A DNA stretch of 64,000 bases, from NCBI GenBank assembly GCA_038998335.1, contig JAVZHQ010000001.1, forward strand, positions 219,281-283,280, read 5' to 3'. Shown here piece by piece: positions 29,201 through 38,101 of this stretch. Position numbers and translations under genes: made by a program. Below the pieces are notes generated by a model. That model ran no database searches. It was not told the origin of the DNA and saw nothing but the letters and a program-made list of their open reading frames with translations. Numbering within the stretch: the stretch's first letter is position 1; each line of letters opens with the position of its first letter. The stretch comes from Candidatus Aenigmatarchaeota archaeon. GTDB taxonomy: Archaea > Aenigmatarchaeota > Aenigmatarchaeia > CG10238-14 > SCSR01.

Positions 29201-29753
29201 GCCTAAACCCTTGTTTTGCTCTGTAAAAAATGGCTCTAGGCTCATACAAGCTTGCAAAACATTCCTTAACAGCTTGCAAAAGCTCTTTATGTCCTTTAAC
29301 GTTTAAGAAAGAAGCTTGTTGGCCAGCAAAACTTGCTGTTGGCAAATCTTCAGCAGTAGCAGAACTCCTAACTGCAACCAAAGCTAAGTCTCTCCCAGAT
29401 TTTATTATTTCTAGTTCTTTTCCAACTTCGCTATAAGAAAGAGTTTCGTAAGCTTCTATAATTTCATTTTTAATAGTTGCAGGATACTCTTGTGAAAGAA
29501 TAAGCTCTTTTATTTTTTGGGAAGTCTCAAGAAGTTGAGTAGTATTGTCAACATCACACTCTTTTATCAAATTATCTATTAAATCTTTAATTTTGTTAAT
29601 TTCTATAAATTTTTCAAAGGCATTCGTTGTTATTACAAACCCTGGAGGAACAGGAAGTCCAAGCCTTGTCATTTCTCCTAGGTTTGCACCTTTACCTCCT
29701 GCTATACTTAAGGAATCTCTTGAAAGCTCATCAAGCCATTTGATATATTCCAT
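26223..29753 (-). CDS. ppsA: phosphoenolpyruvate synthase, intein-containing
   Basis: N-terminal ATP-grasp region, phospho-His motif 'ITDSGGQT|...|CHAAIVSRE' interrupted by 418 aa, C-terminal PEP-utilising domain; 1176 aa versus ~760-800 aa for intein-free PpsA. Confidence 0.9.
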   Translation of the reverse strand: MEYIKWLDELSRDSLSIAGGKGANLGEMTRLGLPVPPGFVITTNAFEKFIEINKIKDLIDNLIKECDVDNTTQLLETSQKIKELILSQEYPATIKNEIIEAYETLSYSEVGKELEIIKSGRDLALVAVRSSATAEDLPTASFAGQQASFLNVKGHKELLQAVKECFASLYEPRAIFYRAKQGFRHASIAVVIQKMVNSEKAGVMFTVNPATGEDKIVIEACWGLGETLVSGRVTPDIYIVSKDGKLLEKKIGLKEIMRVRDLATDKTEEIPVPRDKKGKQILTEEEIAKLAHYGVILENHYGKPQDIEFAIERNRIYIVQTRAITTIGKVEEIQVVGEPILKGLGVSPGIASGVVKIVLDLKDIDKVEKGDILVTTMTSPDLVPTMSKCSAIITDSGGQTCIAGDTLLLTPKGFVTAEELYEKVMNKEKVYILSFDCLRNQPIWRRIKRAFRRIAQTVEVSVSQTGKIKDNSIRITPDHKIFTYEKRELIKKELQEILSKKLAICVPFGLPDSECKISNEKLGYLVGSIFSDGYWKIFKGKTGLRRGCVIFTQKEEESKIEFITAVRDYFKEIFGYEFSQKEKITHTQIRGKEVTGTVSDYISYRLYPALILEKIYQHLASWCLLLDEATSLAFLAGVIDGDGTISKNRIQIYVSDKNLLRGIVITCLKLGIIPKITKNREICNVQIGEKVKEILEKCKRIKANFDERKKGSKFFAAKQVLEGLEDKANWKGKIKPYLNKNLLIDRNKIRERILPLLEGREKEEIERILNSSLSMLRVKEVGERFKTEVFNFEVDTEEEVNKNYVVFTKKYTPLLVSNCHAAIVSREMRIPCVVGTLAATKVLKDGQEVTVDAYRGLIYPGIIQVETPEIVAPEEEEEEIKPTITQIKVNLVFPEGVEEIAKKVDGVGLLRIEHMILKSGKHPAKLVREGRKEEYIQILLDGIRPIAKAFYPKPVWVRTLDARTDELRHLEGGETEPKEDNPMLGWHGIRRSLDEPEILKAEFEAIKTLHEEGLDNVHIMLPFIISVEEFRKAKEIALEVRLPKSCKLGIMVEVPSCALTIEEFCKEGIAFASIGSNDLTMLTLGVDRNNAKLLNLYSEMHPAVLRLIKETIKTCNRYNVESSICGEAPSNIPEMVEFLVECGISSISVNIDAIKKVREIVARTEKRILEDLRRRE
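27300..28553 (-). mobile_element. intein with LAGLIDADG homing-endonuclease domain inside ppsA
   Basis: Starts 'CIAGDTLLL' (Cys1), ends '...TPLLVSN' followed by extein Cys; LAGLIDADG blocks 'LGYLVGSIFSDGYW' and 'LAFLAGVIDGDGTI'; sits between T and CH of the conserved GG-x-TCHAAI active-site motif. Confidence 0.8.
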
Positions 29754-29783
29754 AATAATTATTTCATTTTTATTAAAGATATC

Positions 29784-30296
29784 TTATTCCTCAATTTCAA
29801 TCCTTATGGGAGTAGAAATTTTAAGGCCAGCTTTCTTTAAAGCTTGTTTCCCCACTTCTAAATTTTGCTTGTTTATTTGGAGCATCATAATCTTTTGACC
29901 TTCTTTAACTTGTATTGCAGTGCCAACAGGTTTTCCAAAAGCTAGTTTCATTCCTCTTGAATATCTATCAGCTCCTGCCCCAGTTGCTATAGGTTTTTCC
30001 CTCAAGACATGATGAGGATATAATAAAATTTTGAAGAAATAGTTTGAACCAAGATTTTTTTCTAAGAACTTATGAGCAACTACTCTTGCTGCTTCCAAGG
30101 CATTATCTCTTATTTGTACACTATTTTTTGCAACTAAGTATAAAGTGAGATCATAATCTCCTTTCATTCCCATTTCAAACTGATGAGTTTTTGGGTAAGG
30201 TACTCCAACCACATAACTTTTTCTTGGAACCTTTTTACTTATTCTAGTGTAAGGTCTTTCTATCTTTCTCATAGTTCTTCCAGGTCTTAAAGCCAT
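29784..30296 (-). CDS. rpl10e: 50S ribosomal protein L10e (uL16)
   Basis: 'ATGAGADRYSRGMKLAFGKPVGTA' matches the L10e/L16 signature; 170 aa. Confidence 0.85.
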   Translation of the reverse strand: MALRPGRTMRKIERPYTRISKKVPRKSYVVGVPYPKTHQFEMGMKGDYDLTLYLVAKNSVQIRDNALEAARVVAHKFLEKNLGSNYFFKILLYPHHVLREKPIATGAGADRYSRGMKLAFGKPVGTAIQVKEGQKIMMLQINKQNLEVGKQALKKAGLKISTPIRIEIEE

Positions 30297-30399
30297 AAAA
30301 TCACTTTATTCAATTCTAATTAACAAATATTTAAAGTTTTTAAAGAAAAAAGTATTTAATTTAAATAGCTGTTATATTAATAGAAAAGGAGGTGTAAAG

Positions 30400-30564
30400 G
30401 TGGCATTAGTTGTTAAGTCTGCAGTTAAAGCTCAACTAAAAGGTTTCAGAGTAGGAGGAGACTTCTTCACAGCTCTAGACAAACAGATTGGAGAAATGCT
30501 CAAAACTGCTATGGCAAGAGCTAAAGCTAACGGAAGAAAAACGTTGAGAGCATGTGATTTGTAA
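30400..30564 (+). CDS. small histone-fold-like protein (DUF1931-like, tentative)
   Basis: 54-codon ORF with GTG start 5 nt after 'aaaggagg'; translation VALVVKSAVKAQLKGFRVGGDFFTALDKQIGEMLKTAMARAKANGRKTLRACDL; absent from ORF track. Confidence 0.45.
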   Translation: MALVVKSAVKAQLKGFRVGGDFFTALDKQIGEMLKTAMARAKANGRKTLRACDL

Positions 30565-30633
30565 GCTAGAAATTTTTTGAACTTTTTTGTTTTTTCTTTT
30601 AAATTTTTATAAATGAATAGGTAAAATAATTTA

Positions 30634-31209
30634 ATGGAAAAAGTAGTAGGGATAACAGGAACTATCGCTTCTGGAAAAGATACAGTTAAAAAAATTTTAC
30701 AAAGTAAATTTAATTGTTATACAGTTTCTCTTTCTTCTATCATTAAAGCAGAACTTGAAAAGAAGAAGAATAAAAATTTTAGCAGAAAAAACTTGCAAGA
30801 TTTGGGTAATGAATTAAGAAAAAAATATGGCACACATATTTTAGCTATGCTCGCAGTTGAATACTTACAAAGAGATAAGGAACTTATAATAATAGATGGA
30901 ATAAGAAACCCAGGAGAAGTGGATTTCCTTAGGAAAAAGTTCGGTAATAAATTTGTTTTGATTGGTGTAGATGCCAACCCAAAAATAAGGTTCGAGAGAA
31001 TAAAGAAAAGAGGTAATGATTCTGACCCAAAAACTTGGGAAGAATTTTTGGAAATAGATAAAAGAGACCAAGGAGAAAATGAACCTGAGTATGGACAAAA
31101 AACTAAGGAATGCTTGGAAAAAGCTGATTTTCTTATAATTAACGATAGTACCTTAGAAGATTTAGAAAAAAAAGTAAATGAAATAGCAGAAAAGATAAAA
31201 AACTGGTAG
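30634..31209 (+). CDS. P-loop nucleotide/nucleoside kinase (dephospho-CoA kinase-like)
   Basis: Walker A 'GITGTIASGKDT' at N-terminus; 191 aa. Confidence 0.45.
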   Translation: MEKVVGITGTIASGKDTVKKILQSKFNCYTVSLSSIIKAELEKKKNKNFSRKNLQDLGNELRKKYGTHILAMLAVEYLQRDKELIIIDGIRNPGEVDFLRKKFGNKFVLIGVDANPKIRFERIKKRGNDSDPKTWEEFLEIDKRDQGENEPEYGQKTKECLEKADFLIINDSTLEDLEKKVNEIAEKIKNW

Positions 31210-31243
31210 ATTTAAATAGAATAACAGCTAATTACTTGTAATT

Positions 31244-31960
31244 ATGAGGGTTAAGCTTTTGGCCTATACTCCTAACCCAGAATTGGTAGTTGCAGCTTCT
31301 GCTACAACTTCATTTAAAAAGAAGCCCCCTTCTTTCACTTTTGAGAAATATAAAAAGGAAATGTCAAGAGAGAAGATTAAAAAGATAATAAGAGATTTGC
31401 TTAGGCACAATCATTTATCTCCTTTAGAGCATGCTTCTTTCACTTTCGCTTTAGAAGAAGTTTCAAGAAGTTTAACTCATGAGCTTGTAAGACATAGAAT
31501 AGCCTCTTATACACAACAAAGTCAAAGATACGTGAAGGTTGACACTAACGAAGAATGGTATGTTATTCCACCAAAGCTTGATGAAGAAAAAAGAAAAAAA
31601 TTTGTAGAAATAATGAATCAGATAGCAAAATGGTACGAAGAATTTATAAATGAAGGAGTAGCTTATGAGGATGCCAGGTTTATTCTCCCCAACGCAACTA
31701 AAACCAACATTGTTGTTACTATGAACGCTAGAGAGCTTTACCATTTCTTTAACTTAAGATGTTGTGCAAGAGCACAATGGGAAATAAGGAGCGCAGCCAC
31801 AGAAATGCTAAGAATAGTTAAAAAAATTGCACCAACTTTATTTGAAAAAGCAGGACCTAGTTGTATGAAAGGATTTTGCCCAGAAGCAGAGCTTATGCCA
31901 GAAGAATGCAGGAAGTTAGGAATAACAAGAATACAGAAAAAGTTTAGGGAGTTGAAATAA
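31244..31960 (+). CDS. thyX: FAD-dependent thymidylate synthase
   Basis: ThyX motif 'RHRIASYTQQSQRY' (RHRxxxxxxSxRY). Confidence 0.85.
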   Translation: MRVKLLAYTPNPELVVAASATTSFKKKPPSFTFEKYKKEMSREKIKKIIRDLLRHNHLSPLEHASFTFALEEVSRSLTHELVRHRIASYTQQSQRYVKVDTNEEWYVIPPKLDEEKRKKFVEIMNQIAKWYEEFINEGVAYEDARFILPNATKTNIVVTMNARELYHFFNLRCCARAQWEIRSAATEMLRIVKKIAPTLFEKAGPSCMKGFCPEAELMPEECRKLGITRIQKKFRELK

Positions 31961-32110
31961 AATGGGAATAAAAGGGTTAATAAGAGATGCTGTTATGGTT
32001 TTTGTGGCGTTTCAACTTTTAACTAACGGAATTGATAAAACATATTTGGCTTATATTCTTATAGCTGTTGTGATCTTCTTCACCATTCTTGGTTTTTGGA
32101 GGTTACTTAG

Positions 32111-33346
32111 TTGAAAGAAAAAGTTTTTGAAATAGTAAAAAAACAAAACGAATGGAGAAGAAAAGAATGCATAAACTTGATAGCCTCAGAAAGTGTTTTA
32201 TCACCTTTAGCAGAGAAGTTTTTTGTTTCTGATTTTGAAGGAAGATATAATGAGCATTCAGGAAGAGAATGTCATTACCAAGGAACAAAATATTCTTACG
32301 AAATTGAAGAATTTTGCAACGAAATTTTTAGAAGAAAATTTAAAACAAAGTTCGCTGATGTTAGACCAATATCTGGAGGAATAGCCAATCTTGTAGCTTA
32401 TACTGCATTTTGTAAACCAGGAGACATAATAGCAAGTCTGGGAATTCAAAACGGAGCCCATGTAAGCTCAAGTCACTATGGCTTAGCAGGAGTGAGAGGT
32501 TTAAGAAGCGTTGAGATGTTTTTTGATGAAAAGAAAATGAATATAGATGTAGAAAAAAGTGTTGAACTAATAAAAAAAGTTAAGCCAAAGCTTATAATGT
32601 TAGGGGCTTCTATGATTCTCTTTCCCGAACCTGTAAAAGAGATAAGGGAAGAAATTAAAGATGTTAAGATAGTCTATGACGCTTCCCATGTTTTTGGTTT
32701 AATATATAATCAAGAGTTTCAAGACCCTTTAAAAGAAGGAGTAGACCTAATAACTTCTTCAACTCACAAAACTTTTCAAGGCCCTCAAGGTGGTTTGATA
32801 ATAGGAAGTAATAGCTTAAGTGAAGAAGAATGGGAAAAGGTTCAAACTGCAATTTTTCCAGGAATACTTTCTAACACTCATCTTCACAGATTTCCTGCTT
32901 TAGCTATTACTGCTTTAGAAATGAATGAGTTTGGGAAAGATTATGCAAAACAAGTAATAAAAAACGCAAAGGTTTTGGCAAGAGAGCTCTATAACCTTGG
33001 GTTTAAAGTTCTCTGTCCTGAGTTAGACTTTACAGAATCGCATCAAGTAATAGTTAACGTTAAAGAGCTTGGAGGAGGGAAAATAGTTGCTGAAAAACTG
33101 GAAAAAAGTAATATAATATGCAATAAGATTGCTCTACCTTCTGATTCTCCCCATGATGCAACAAAAAATCCTAGTGGAATAAGGCTTGGAGTTCAAGAGC
33201 TAACAAGGTTTGGGATGAAAGAAAGCGAGATGAAAATAGTCGCAGAATTTTTCAAAAAAGTTTTAATTGAAAATAAGAATGTGAGAGAGGAAGTTAAGGA
33301 ATTTAGGAAGAACTTCCATAAAATTTTTTACTGTTTTGAAGTTTAA
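32111..33346 (+). CDS. glyA: serine hydroxymethyltransferase
   Basis: 'NLIASES' near N-terminus and PLP-lysine motif 'SSTHKTFQGPQGG'; TTG start with 'ggagg' upstream. Confidence 0.85.
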   Translation: MKEKVFEIVKKQNEWRRKECINLIASESVLSPLAEKFFVSDFEGRYNEHSGRECHYQGTKYSYEIEEFCNEIFRRKFKTKFADVRPISGGIANLVAYTAFCKPGDIIASLGIQNGAHVSSSHYGLAGVRGLRSVEMFFDEKKMNIDVEKSVELIKKVKPKLIMLGASMILFPEPVKEIREEIKDVKIVYDASHVFGLIYNQEFQDPLKEGVDLITSSTHKTFQGPQGGLIIGSNSLSEEEWEKVQTAIFPGILSNTHLHRFPALAITALEMNEFGKDYAKQVIKNAKVLARELYNLGFKVLCPELDFTESHQVIVNVKELGGGKIVAEKLEKSNIICNKIALPSDSPHDATKNPSGIRLGVQELTRFGMKESEMKIVAEFFKKVLIENKNVREEVKEFRKNFHKIFYCFEV

Positions 33347-34548
33347 ATCTCAAAAAATCTCGGCTTCTTCTTTTCTCTTTCTTCTATTAGTTTAATAACT
33401 TCTTTTATTTTTTTCTCGCTTTCCTCAACTTCTTTCCTGTTATTTCCTATACCACAACTATTGCCAACGCCTACAACAATTATCTTTCCCTTTTCCTTTG
33501 TTCTTGCAATTTCTTCTTCTACAAGTTTTAAAACTTTTTCTTTTGCAGCGAGAATTTCTTTTTTCATAGGCTGGATTGCTTCTTCTTCGCTCATTTTAAT
33601 CACTATTGTTGTTATCGGAATTCTTTTCTTTACTGCAATATTTTCTATGTACGCTTTATCTACCCCTATTCCTCCAATAGCTACTCCTATCCCTTCTGCT
33701 ACACTTCCTGTTTCTTCGCCTTCAAGCTTAAGAGCAGCGTCTATGGTTATTATCTTTGCTATTTTTTCTCTTTTTGTAACCTTTTCTACTGCTTTTCCTA
33801 GTTTTCCTAACCTTCCACCAGGACCTTTTGCTCTGATTATATAAACATCTTTTCCCTTTATCCTTCTTTTTGCAAGCAAGGTATCCTTTTCTATCTTAAT
33901 TAACCTACCATTTTCTACAAGGCTTGCCCCTATTAAATTTCCTATAGCATCACCTATAGGCCAGCCATTAGTTAAAGCTTCTGTACCATAGAGCAAAGCT
34001 TTTGAGACTCTTTCTATCAAGGGCATGTTAAACTGGAAAATCAAACCAAGCTGAAAGTTTTTTGTTTTCTTTATCAAACCTAAGTAGTGCTTAACAACTT
34101 TTGAAAGGAAGTTTAAACTCATTGCTCCCGATAGTCCCATTACCAAATTGGCTTTTGTTTCTGCGTCGCTTTGCGAAGCAATTTGATTAACAAAATAGTT
34201 AAGTCTTTCTTCTGCTAGGTTTGAAATGTGTTCGAATTTGCTTATTATTCCATAAGGATCTAGCTTCACAGGCTCTATGGTAAAGAATTCGAGAAAATGT
34301 CTTATACTTTCTTTCAATTCTTTTGAAGGTTTTTTTGTAATTTTTCTCATTATTATTTCTTCAGCTTTTGCAAGGTAAGAGTCGATAGCTCTTGCTATCT
34401 CTTCCATTCTCCAAACGATTTGAAAATAGTTCAGCCTTAAGTAAACTATAGGTAAAACTACAAAAATTAATATCAAGTAAATAATGCTCCAAATGTTAAC
34501 GTCTGGGTTAAAAATATCCATTTTTATCAATTTTATAAGTGTGTACAA
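33343..34548 (-). CDS. hypothetical membrane-anchored protein
   Basis: 401 aa; N-terminal TM segment, Gly-rich 'GVAIGGIGVD' segment. Confidence 0.3.
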   Translation of the reverse strand: MYTLIKLIKMDIFNPDVNIWSIIYLILIFVVLPIVYLRLNYFQIVWRMEEIARAIDSYLAKAEEIIMRKITKKPSKELKESIRHFLEFFTIEPVKLDPYGIISKFEHISNLAEERLNYFVNQIASQSDAETKANLVMGLSGAMSLNFLSKVVKHYLGLIKKTKNFQLGLIFQFNMPLIERVSKALLYGTEALTNGWPIGDAIGNLIGASLVENGRLIKIEKDTLLAKRRIKGKDVYIIRAKGPGGRLGKLGKAVEKVTKREKIAKIITIDAALKLEGEETGSVAEGIGVAIGGIGVDKAYIENIAVKKRIPITTIVIKMSEEEAIQPMKKEILAAKEKVLKLVEEEIARTKEKGKIIVVGVGNSCGIGNNRKEVEESEKKIKEVIKLIEEREKKKPRFFEI

Positions 34549-34602
34549 CCTTTTAAATGTTTTGTATTATAAATATATCTTTTAAATCCTAATAAATTTT
34601 TA

Positions 34603-35307
34603 GTGGAAAGCATGAAATTAAAGGCTGTAATAGCTGTGATAATAATAATAGCAATCGTTGGTTTGCTTTTCTTTACAGATTCTGGTAAAAAAACTATCGA
34701 ATTCATAGGAGGAAAATTTAGCGAAACAGCTTCATTTATTTTTGGACCAAAAAACACAAAAACCTTTAGAATGGTTTTAGAAGTAAGCTTGGAGAATAAA
34801 AAAAGTTTCTATGAGAAGAGCTTTTCTCTTAAAAATTCTAATTTCACAGCCTATAGTATTTATAACTTTATTTCTGTTGACGGAGGAATAGAAAAAATTT
34901 CAGGTAACAAAAGAGTTGAATTAGAATTAAGAGATTTGAACGGTAAGCTTGAGGTATCAAGTGTCGGGACGCTAAGAATTTCTGGGGAAGCAAACTACAT
35001 AAGGGTTGGAGATTACGAGAGAAGTAGAGACAAACCCTATCAAATTGAGATAGAAGCTTTACCTTTTGATTGTTCTCCTGCTTGTAGTTTTAAGGCTGAA
35101 AACTTAAACGCAGACCTAAGCTTTTCTGTGATTAGCGGAGAAGTTAAGAAATTAAGAAGTGATGGAAGCGTTGATCAAATAAAATACTTAAAGGAAGAAA
35201 GTCTTATAATTCAAGGATTTAAAGGAAGCTTTGAGTTAGGGAAATCTTTGATTTTAAGTGGAGAAGCAGTTCAAGTAAGAGGAAGTGATTTCCTTTACAC
35301 AGGCTGA
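34603..35307 (+). CDS. hypothetical secreted/membrane-anchored protein
   Basis: 234 aa with N-terminal hydrophobic segment. Confidence 0.3.
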   Translation: MESMKLKAVIAVIIIIAIVGLLFFTDSGKKTIEFIGGKFSETASFIFGPKNTKTFRMVLEVSLENKKSFYEKSFSLKNSNFTAYSIYNFISVDGGIEKISGNKRVELELRDLNGKLEVSSVGTLRISGEANYIRVGDYERSRDKPYQIEIEALPFDCSPACSFKAENLNADLSFSVISGEVKKLRSDGSVDQIKYLKEESLIIQGFKGSFELGKSLILSGEAVQVRGSDFLYTG

Positions 35308-35311
35308 ACGT

Positions 35312-35755
35312 ATGACTGCTAAAAAAGAAAAACCCAAGATAGCTGTTTTTGTTGACGGTCCAAACATGCTTAGAAAAGAGTTTGCTATAGACTTGAGAGA
35401 GCTTAAGAAAAGAGTGAAAAAGTATGGTAGAATAGTTATAGCAAGAGTTTTTTTAAATCAATTTGCTCCTGAAAAGTTGATAGAAGCGGTGATAAACGAA
35501 GGTTTTGAAACTATAATGGTTTTGGCAAAGGAAGAGGAAGAAGCTCAGGATGTAGATGTTGCTTTGGCTGTTTCAGCCATGGAGGCTATTTTAACAAAAA
35601 ATATTGACGCGATAGCTTTAGCAACAAGAGATGCTGACTTTTTGCCAATAATTCAAAAAGCTAAGGAGTACGGAAAGAGGGTAATAGTTTTGGGCGCTCA
35701 GCCAGGTTTTTCAGCTTCACTAAGAAATGCTGCAGATTTTGTGGAAGAGCTTTAA
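35312..35755 (+). CDS. NYN-domain (LabA-like) protein
   Basis: 'IAVFVDGPNM' and 'ALATRDADFLP' acidic motifs; start moved to ATG 35312 to avoid overlap with upstream ORF. Confidence 0.55.
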   Translation: MTAKKEKPKIAVFVDGPNMLRKEFAIDLRELKKRVKKYGRIVIARVFLNQFAPEKLIEAVINEGFETIMVLAKEEEEAQDVDVALAVSAMEAILTKNIDAIALATRDADFLPIIQKAKEYGKRVIVLGAQPGFSASLRNAADFVEEL

Positions 35756-35796
35756 AAAAAAGAGTTTAAATCTATAAAATAACAATATAAAATAAG

Positions 35797-36135
35797 GTGG
35801 TGTGGATGGGTTTGATTACAGACTTGTTCAAAAGCCTGAAAAGAGAGGAAACACTAGTAGAATTGCCAGCAGAGGAAGAGGAAAAACCTCAAGTTAACGT
35901 AAGAGTTGAAACTTTACATGATTTTGTTGATGTTGATAGGATAACTAGGTTGGTAAAAGAAGGGAACATAGTTTTCTTAAGAACTGCTCAAATGCAGAAG
36001 CATGACTTGGGAGAATTCAGGAATAGTGTAGAAAAACTGAAAAGAGTAAGCAAACAGTTTGGTTGGGACATAGTTGGTTTGGAAGAAGGATATATAATAG
36101 TAACACCAAGCTTTGCAAGAGTAGAAAGAAGCTAA
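35797..36135 (+). CDS. SepF-like cell-division protein (DUF552-like, tentative)
   Basis: 112 aa; 'GNIVFLRTAQM...GYIIVTPSFARVE' resembles the SepF C-terminal domain. Confidence 0.4.
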   Translation: MVWMGLITDLFKSLKREETLVELPAEEEEKPQVNVRVETLHDFVDVDRITRLVKEGNIVFLRTAQMQKHDLGEFRNSVEKLKRVSKQFGWDIVGLEEGYIIVTPSFARVERS

Positions 36136-36491
36136 AGTTTAAAGAAAAGCCAGTAGTTTTTCTTAAACTTGATTAAGCAGTATTTTCCTTGAAGCTTCTT
36201 ACCTTTTACTCTAAAAACCATTTTTTTATCGTCTCTTTCCTCAAGAACATAAGTTCCTTTATCCCAAATCTCAACTTTTCCTGCCCCATACTGTCCTTCT
36301 GGAATTTCTCCTTCAAAATTAGCATACTCCAAATCATGATTTTCAACTTGAATTGCAAGTCTTTTAACGCCTTTTTCTTTTGGAGGTTCTTTTGGAACAG
36401 CCCAGCTTTTAAGCTTGCCTTCCATTTCAAGTCTTAAGTCATAATGCAAATGCCTAGCTTGATGTTTATGGATTACATAAATTTTTTCCAT
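36132..36491 (-). CDS. stand-alone LigD-type 3'-phosphoesterase domain protein
   Basis: 'YVIHKHQARHLHYDLRLE...LKSWAVPKEPP' matches the LigD phosphoesterase signature. Confidence 0.6.
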   Translation of the reverse strand: MEKIYVIHKHQARHLHYDLRLEMEGKLKSWAVPKEPPKEKGVKRLAIQVENHDLEYANFEGEIPEGQYGAGKVEIWDKGTYVLEERDDKKMVFRVKGKKLQGKYCLIKFKKNYWLFFKL

Positions 36492-36521
36492 ACTTATATT
36501 TTAGGAATAGAAAAATATGAT

Positions 36522-37145
36522 GTGGAGCAATTAGTTCAATTGATAGAAAAATTGAAAAAAAGCGAAGTAAGTAAATTAATTGAAACTAGGATTAAAGAAT
36601 TTGAAGAAAACAGAAAAAAGTCAAGCGAAGAAATTTTTAAAGAGCTTTGTTTTTGTATTTTAACTGCAAACTTTAACGCAGAAAAGAGCATAAGAATTCA
36701 GGAAGAAATTAGTAATGGATTTTTGTTTCTGGAAAAAGAAGATTTAGAAAAAAAGTTAAGGGAGCTTGGTCATAGGTTCCCAAAGGCAAGAGCTTATTAT
36801 ATAGTTGAAGCAAGGAAGTTTAAAGATAAGTTAAAAAAAATTATAGAAAGTTTGAAAGAGGAAGAGCTAAGAGAATGGTTAGTGGAAAACGTTAAAGGTT
36901 TAGGATATAAAGAGGCGAGCCATTTTTTAAGAAATATTGGTTATAAAAATTTTGCGATAATAGATTTCCACATTCTTGATGTTTTAAATAAATTTAAGCT
37001 TGTAAAAAAACCAAAAGTTATAACAAAGAAAAAATACTTAGAGATAGAGAGTTTGCTTAGAAAAATTGCTGAAGAGGCTAAGCTAACTTTAGCTGAACTT
37101 GACTTATACCTTTGGTACTTAGAAACAAGAAAAGTGTTAAAATAG
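36522..37145 (+). CDS. N-glycosylase/DNA lyase (archaeal Ogg-like, HhH-GPD)
   Basis: 'FKELCFCILTANFNAEKS' and HhH 'VKGLGYKEASHFLRNIGY'; track start 36444 overlaps the divergent LigD-PE start, so in-frame GTG 36522 proposed. Confidence 0.55.
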   Translation: MEQLVQLIEKLKKSEVSKLIETRIKEFEENRKKSSEEIFKELCFCILTANFNAEKSIRIQEEISNGFLFLEKEDLEKKLRELGHRFPKARAYYIVEARKFKDKLKKIIESLKEEELREWLVENVKGLGYKEASHFLRNIGYKNFAIIDFHILDVLNKFKLVKKPKVITKKKYLEIESLLRKIAEEAKLTLAELDLYLWYLETRKVLK

Positions 37146-37166
37146 TTTTAATAACTCAATCAAGGC

Positions 37167-38090
37167 TCAACTTTCTAACCTTAAACTTAAAATGTATCCG
37201 CTACCGTCGCAAACTCTTGTGTTAAATTCTGGGCAAGTTCTACAACTGCCAAAGCCAAGCTTATATTTATCAGCCAAGGTTCTTATTTTCTTCGTTATGT
37301 TATATCTGTATTCTGGCGAAGCATAATAGTATATGTATCTTCTATCTGGTTTGGTGAAGTATAGGCTTGCAATTTTATCTTTTATTTCTGGTAAAGCTTT
37401 TTCTATTCTTTCTTTATATCTCCAAACAATTCTCAATGTCCCAGAGGTAATCATTCTAACTCCAGCTTCTTTCACTTGCTTTATTAGTTCTTCCAATTCT
37501 TTTTCATCATCATTTAAATAAGGAACGATAGGGTCTATCCAGACAGTGGTGAGAAATTTTTTTGAAAGTTCTTTTAAAACTTCTAATCTTTTTTGTGGCG
37601 AAGGGGCGTAGGGCTCGATTTTTCTTGCTTTTTCTTTATCTAAAGTTGTTACGGTGACAGAAGCGATAAAATATTTTGATTTTTCTAAAACATCCAAATC
37701 TCTTAACATTAAACCAGGATTTTTTGTTTGGACATTTATGGGAAAATTGTTCTTAACAAGGATTTTTAAAATCTCTCTTGTTATTTGGTACTTTTCCTCT
37801 TCATAAGTATACGGGTCTACAATAGAAGAAAGGTAAACCAAACGTTTTGGTCTGTTTTTAACTTCCTTTTTAAGTGCTTCAACCAAACCTTCCCTAGGGA
37901 TCGCAACTTCTTTTTGTATACCTCGAGATAAGTCTTGGTATTTTTTTGATTTTTTATGAAAATCGGAGAAATATCTTCCATAACAATAAACACAACCTAT
38001 AGAACATCCGATGTAGGGGTTGATCGTATACTTAGGAGGACACGTACAAAGCAATTTTTGAGACGATTTGAAATCTCTTAATACTTGCAT
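37167..38090 (-). CDS. radical SAM protein (SplB-like)
   Basis: 'CSIGCVYC' = Cx3Cx2C radical SAM cluster motif near N-terminus; 307 aa. Confidence 0.55.
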   Translation of the reverse strand: MQVLRDFKSSQKLLCTCPPKYTINPYIGCSIGCVYCYGRYFSDFHKKSKKYQDLSRGIQKEVAIPREGLVEALKKEVKNRPKRLVYLSSIVDPYTYEEEKYQITREILKILVKNNFPINVQTKNPGLMLRDLDVLEKSKYFIASVTVTTLDKEKARKIEPYAPSPQKRLEVLKELSKKFLTTVWIDPIVPYLNDDEKELEELIKQVKEAGVRMITSGTLRIVWRYKERIEKALPEIKDKIASLYFTKPDRRYIYYYASPEYRYNITKKIRTLADKYKLGFGSCRTCPEFNTRVCDGSGYILSLRLES

Positions 38091-38101
38091 TATACCACAA
38101 G

